Assembly (NCBI GenBank): GCA_963721805.1
Contig: CAVRJY010000001.1
Coordinates: 960,001 to 1,024,000, forward strand
Origin: Nitrospirota bacterium
GTDB lineage: Bacteria > Nitrospirota > Thermodesulfovibrionia > Thermodesulfovibrionales > JdFR-86
Length of the DNA stretch: 64,000 bases
Reading direction: 5' to 3'
Part shown: piece after piece, positions 60,664-64,000 of the stretch
How positions within the stretch are numbered: the stretch's first letter is position 1
Layout: the number at the start of each line of letters is the position of its first letter
The notes under the pieces: model-generated
Told to the model about the DNA's origin: nothing
Databases searched by the model: none
The model's input: only the letters and a program-made list of their open reading frames with translations
Made by a program: the position numbers and the translations under genes

Positions 60664-61947
60664 TTGCGCGATATCCCCTCTATGAGCCCCATCGGTGTGG
60701 GTTCTATTATAACGGTTTCGATCCCGCCGAGCGCGCGCCCTATCTCGGCGAACGGTCATGTCGTCAAGCAGCACCTCCTCGCCCTCGCGCAATACCACGG
60801 AGGGGACGAGCAGCCTGTCATAGTTGCCCGCGATATCTCTGAGCGCCGAGACGATGTCGCGTCCGGTGAGCAGCCCGGTCACGGTCACGGACTCGCCGAA
60901 CATATGGTTCTCGACCGCCTGCGCATCTATCTCTACGCCCTTCTTGCGCAGCCGCTTGATGAAGGGCATGAGGTATGGGTGAAACGATACGCCCGTGAAC
61001 GTGAGTATTCGCCTGCTGTCGTCGTGAGTGCCCATCAGCCTGATCGAGCGCGCCTCTGATCTGAATTGCGGCACGAGCCCCACGCCGTTTTCGATCTGGG
61101 GCAGGTCGGCGTACATCTCTATCTGCGGGAACTCGCGAGCCGCCTTGATGTAAAGTTCGTCCGCGCCGTATACGACCGGGATGCCGTGCCTCTTTATCAT
61201 CCGCTGCTGGACGCCCTCGATCATATCGAGCGCGTCGGCGGCGTCATCCGCAGTGACAGGCTTGAGCGCTACCTTGCGATGGGTAGTGAGCCCCACCGGC
61301 ACCACGGCGACAGACTCCACCCACGGGTGCAGGGCAGTCAGATCGCGCAGCGTCTGCCTGAGTACCTTGCGGTCGTTGTACCCGGGGCACAGCACGATCT
61401 GCGTGTGCATCGCGATCCGGTTTTTTGCGAAGAACCTAAGCGGCCCCATAACGTCTTCGGCCTTCGGGTTTCCGAGCAGGACTCTTCGCACCTCGGTGTC
61501 CGTGGCGTGCACCGAGATATACAGAGGGCTCAGCCGTTGCTCGATGATGCGGCTCATCTCCTTGGGGCCCATGTTCGTGAGCGTGACGTAATTGCCGTAG
61601 AGGAAGGACATGCGGTAGTCCTCGTCCTTGACGTAAAGCGTGCGCCTCAATCCGCGAGGGAGCTGGCCTACGAAGCAGAACACGCACTTGTTCGTGCAGG
61701 TGCGGATGCGGAACTCCTCCAGCTCGATCCCCGGGTCCTCGCCCTCGTCGAGTTCGAGAGTGAGTTTCATGGTCTGTCCCTCGCGGCTGATCTCAAGCGT
61801 AAGAGGGCTCCCGGAGGCATGGAACATATAGTCGATTGCGTCGCGCACCGGATCGCCGTTAATGCGCTTAAGCAGGTCGCCGGGCCGAATACCCGCGCGC
61901 CATGCCGGGCCGCCCTTCGCGACCGCCTCGATGCGTGGGGCGGCCAT
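60660..61947 (-). CDS. PDZ + DUF512 radical-SAM-like Fe-S protein; apparent frameshift near 60750
   Basis: CTNKCVFC, YVKDEDYR.SF..GNY.TLTN, QIENGVG; corrected frame ends with an ATGA overlap on the aroE start. Confidence 0.85.
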
Positions 61948-63015
61948 TAAGGTATGTTGAAGGGCAGGGTCTTGAACTTCAGCGTCAGCCCGAGCTTCTT
62001 ATAGCAGGCCGCTGACTTCTTCTCGCCCTTGATGGTCGAGATCAGCGCGATTGCGTGGCAGTGCTCGACGCCGAAGCTGTTGGTAGCGGCGTCTTCGGCC
62101 GCGGCCTCGAGTGTCTTGAGCGCGGCCGCGCTCTTCCCGGCCATCGCTTGAATCTCTCCCTTGCATAGGCCGCAGTATATGATCCCGCGCGGGTCGCGGG
62201 TCTTCTTGAAGAGTTTTAAGCGCCTCGGCGAAGTACGGGACAGCCTTTTTATTTTCGCCGAGCATCATGTGGGTCTTCCCGAGGCTCCACTGCGTGTAAG
62301 CGCTGCTTACGATATCGCCGATACGTTTATATAGTACGAGCGCCTTCTTGAAGTGCCCGAGCGCTTCTTTGTATTCGCCCTGCATCCTCATCGCATTTCC
62401 CATGCCGCAGTGCGAATAGGCGATGCCGAACGTGTCTTTGAGTATCGAGAAGAGCTCGTTGGCCTCGGTGTAGTACTTAAGCGAGTTCGCGAACGCGCCC
62501 TTCACCCTGCTGGTTCCGCCCATGCCGCACAGCGCATAGCCCATGCCGGGCATGTCGCCCATCTTCTCGAACGCCTTCTTGGCCTGCTTGAATGCGTTGA
62601 TCGCCGAGGGTATCTCGCCCTGAATCCTCAGGGCCCCGGCCTCGGCCCAGAGGCAGAACGCCGCGCCTTCCTCGTCCCCGCGCCTGGCGTACGTGTCAAA
62701 CGCCTGCTTAAAAAGCATGCGCGCTGATTTCCAGTCGCCCAAACCCCGCTTCGAGAGCCCGAGGCCGACCATCGCGTCTGTCATCGTCTGGCCGTCTTTT
62801 AGAGAGTCGGCGAGGTCTATGGCCTCATCATACGCGTCGGCCGCGGCGACGAAATCCCCGGTCATGCGGTTCGTGTCCCCGAGCGCCATCAGGCACTCTA
62901 GGCGCGTCGCGCCGGACTCGGTTTTTTTGAGCGCGCGGCGTATCACGCTTACCGCCTCTTTGTATTGGGACTTCTGCCGGAGGGTCTCCGCAAGTTCGAG
63001 CATTGAATTAGGCAT
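61947..63015 (-). CDS. Tetratricopeptide repeat protein; apparent frameshift near 62210
   Basis: Repeated helical G..A..Y/F..A patterns; C-terminus in another frame; start 63015 or 63003. Confidence 0.75.
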
Positions 63016-63670
63016 TGGATGATATCTCCCTGATTTTATTGACAACTCCCTTATAGTCGCCCGAGCCGTAGAAGGCCGAGCCCATCACGAGCGTATCCGC
63101 GCCCGCGCCGATGACCTCGGCCGCGTTTGAGGTCTTCACCCCGCCGTCGACCTCGAGCAGGGCCTTCGAGCCTATAGCGTCGAGCATCGCCCGCAGCTCG
63201 CGAATCTTGGCCGTGCTCCCGGGTATGTAGCCCTGTCCGCCGAAGCCGGGGTTTACGGACATCAGCACTACGATATCCACGTCTCGGAGTACGTGCTTTA
63301 TCGCCTCAAGCGGCGTGGCCGGGTTGAGCGCGACTCCGGGCTTCGCGCCGCGTTCCCTGATCTGCTGCACCGCGCGGTGCAGGTGAACGGTGGCCTCGGC
63401 GTGCACTACGAGGTAGTCCGCACCTACCTTTATGAACTCCTCGATATACCGCTCGGGCTGCACTATCATAAGGTGCACGTCGAGCGGGAGCTTCGTGGCC
63501 CTGCGAGCGGCCTCGACGATCAGCGGGCCTATCGTGATGTTCGGCACGAACATGCCGTCCATGACGTCTATGTGGATGAGGTCGGCCCCGGCGTCCTCGG
63601 CCGCCTTGATCTGCTCGCCGAGGCGCGTGAAGTCAGCGCTCAGTATCGATGGTGCGATCTTAACGTCCAT
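63008..63670 (-). CDS. rpe: Ribulose-phosphate 3-epimerase
   Basis: IAPSILSADF, HIDVMDG.FVPNIT, MSVNPGFGGQ, VDGG. Confidence 0.97.
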   Translation of the reverse strand: MDVKIAPSILSADFTRLGEQIKAAEDAGADLIHIDVMDGMFVPNITIGPLIVEAARRATKLPLDVHLMIVQPERYIEEFIKVGADYLVVHAEATVHLHRAVQQIRERGAKPGVALNPATPLEAIKHVLRDVDIVVLMSVNPGFGGQGYIPGSTAKIRELRAMLDAIGSKALLEVDGGVKTSNAAEVIGAGADTLVMGSAFYGSGDYKGVVNKIREISSNA

Positions 63671-64000
63671 AGTCCCCTCCGAAAGCCAGATATATCGTCC
63701 CGCCGCGCCTTATGTCGGCCCCGGGCGGGGGATTTTGCGTCAGCACGCGCAGGCTGCCTGAGTATACCTCGGCCGCCTTGGCCGAAACCTCCACCCCAAG
63801 CGCATTTGCAAGCCCCGAGGCGTCATCCATGCTCATGCCCGTGAAGTCAGGGCAGTAATAGGTTACATCAGCCGGCCCGAGGCTGGCAATGACAGTGACC
63901 GGCCCCACCGCGCCCTGCTCGGGCAGCGGCTGCTCGGCGAGCACCTGGCCCTCCGGCACGGTATCGGAGTGCACCTCGATCTCGTGGTCTATGACAATGG
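63660..64000 (-). CDS. PASTA-domain protein (5' part outside window)
   Basis: SDTVPEGQVLAEQP, PDFTGM, VLTQNPPPG; upstream of rpe. Confidence 0.75.
   Translation of the reverse strand, partial: IVIDHEIEVHSDTVPEGQVLAEQPLPEQGAVGPVTVIASLGPADVTYYCPDFTGMSMDDASGLANALGVEVSAKAAEVYSGSLRVLTQNPPPGADIRRGGTIYLAFGGDYGR

Noticed and set aside
59833..61947. Novel DUF512-AroE fusion protein (704 aa in the ORF track)
   Set aside because: One extra base near 60750 explains it; the corrected frame ends in an ATGA overlap at the aroE start.

Overview
High-GC bacterial chromosomal window, most likely Nitrospirota/Thermodesulfovibrionia-like (inferred from gene content and order, not proven). It is mostly housekeeping: panB, livKHMGF, a Fet-like iron ABC operon, pnp-rpsO, pepA, dapB, yacG, corA, tRNA-Arg and tRNA-Pro, rpsT, holA-lptE-leuS, a tRNA nucleotidyltransferase, smpB-tmRNA, an RND pump, aroE and rpe. 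Highlights: (1) two AT-rich islands (713-4803 and 49700-51945), each bracketed by an inverted pair of the same ~122-bp palindromic element plus homologous subterminal DNA, carry different defence-type cargo (Ser/Thr kinase versus KAP NTPase) and no cognate transposase; (2) a 3 x ~193-bp structured tandem array upstream of the kinase, hit by an IS481 with an 8-bp target duplication; (3) a NifU-like CxxU selenoprotein candidate missing from the ORF track; (4) a sigma54 locus with duplicated promoter/upstream-box architecture and an AsnB homologue lacking Cys1; (5) many apparently leaderless genes. About 13 single-base frameshifts, probably sequencing errors, break several ORFs. All calls come from reading motifs by eye; no database searches were run.
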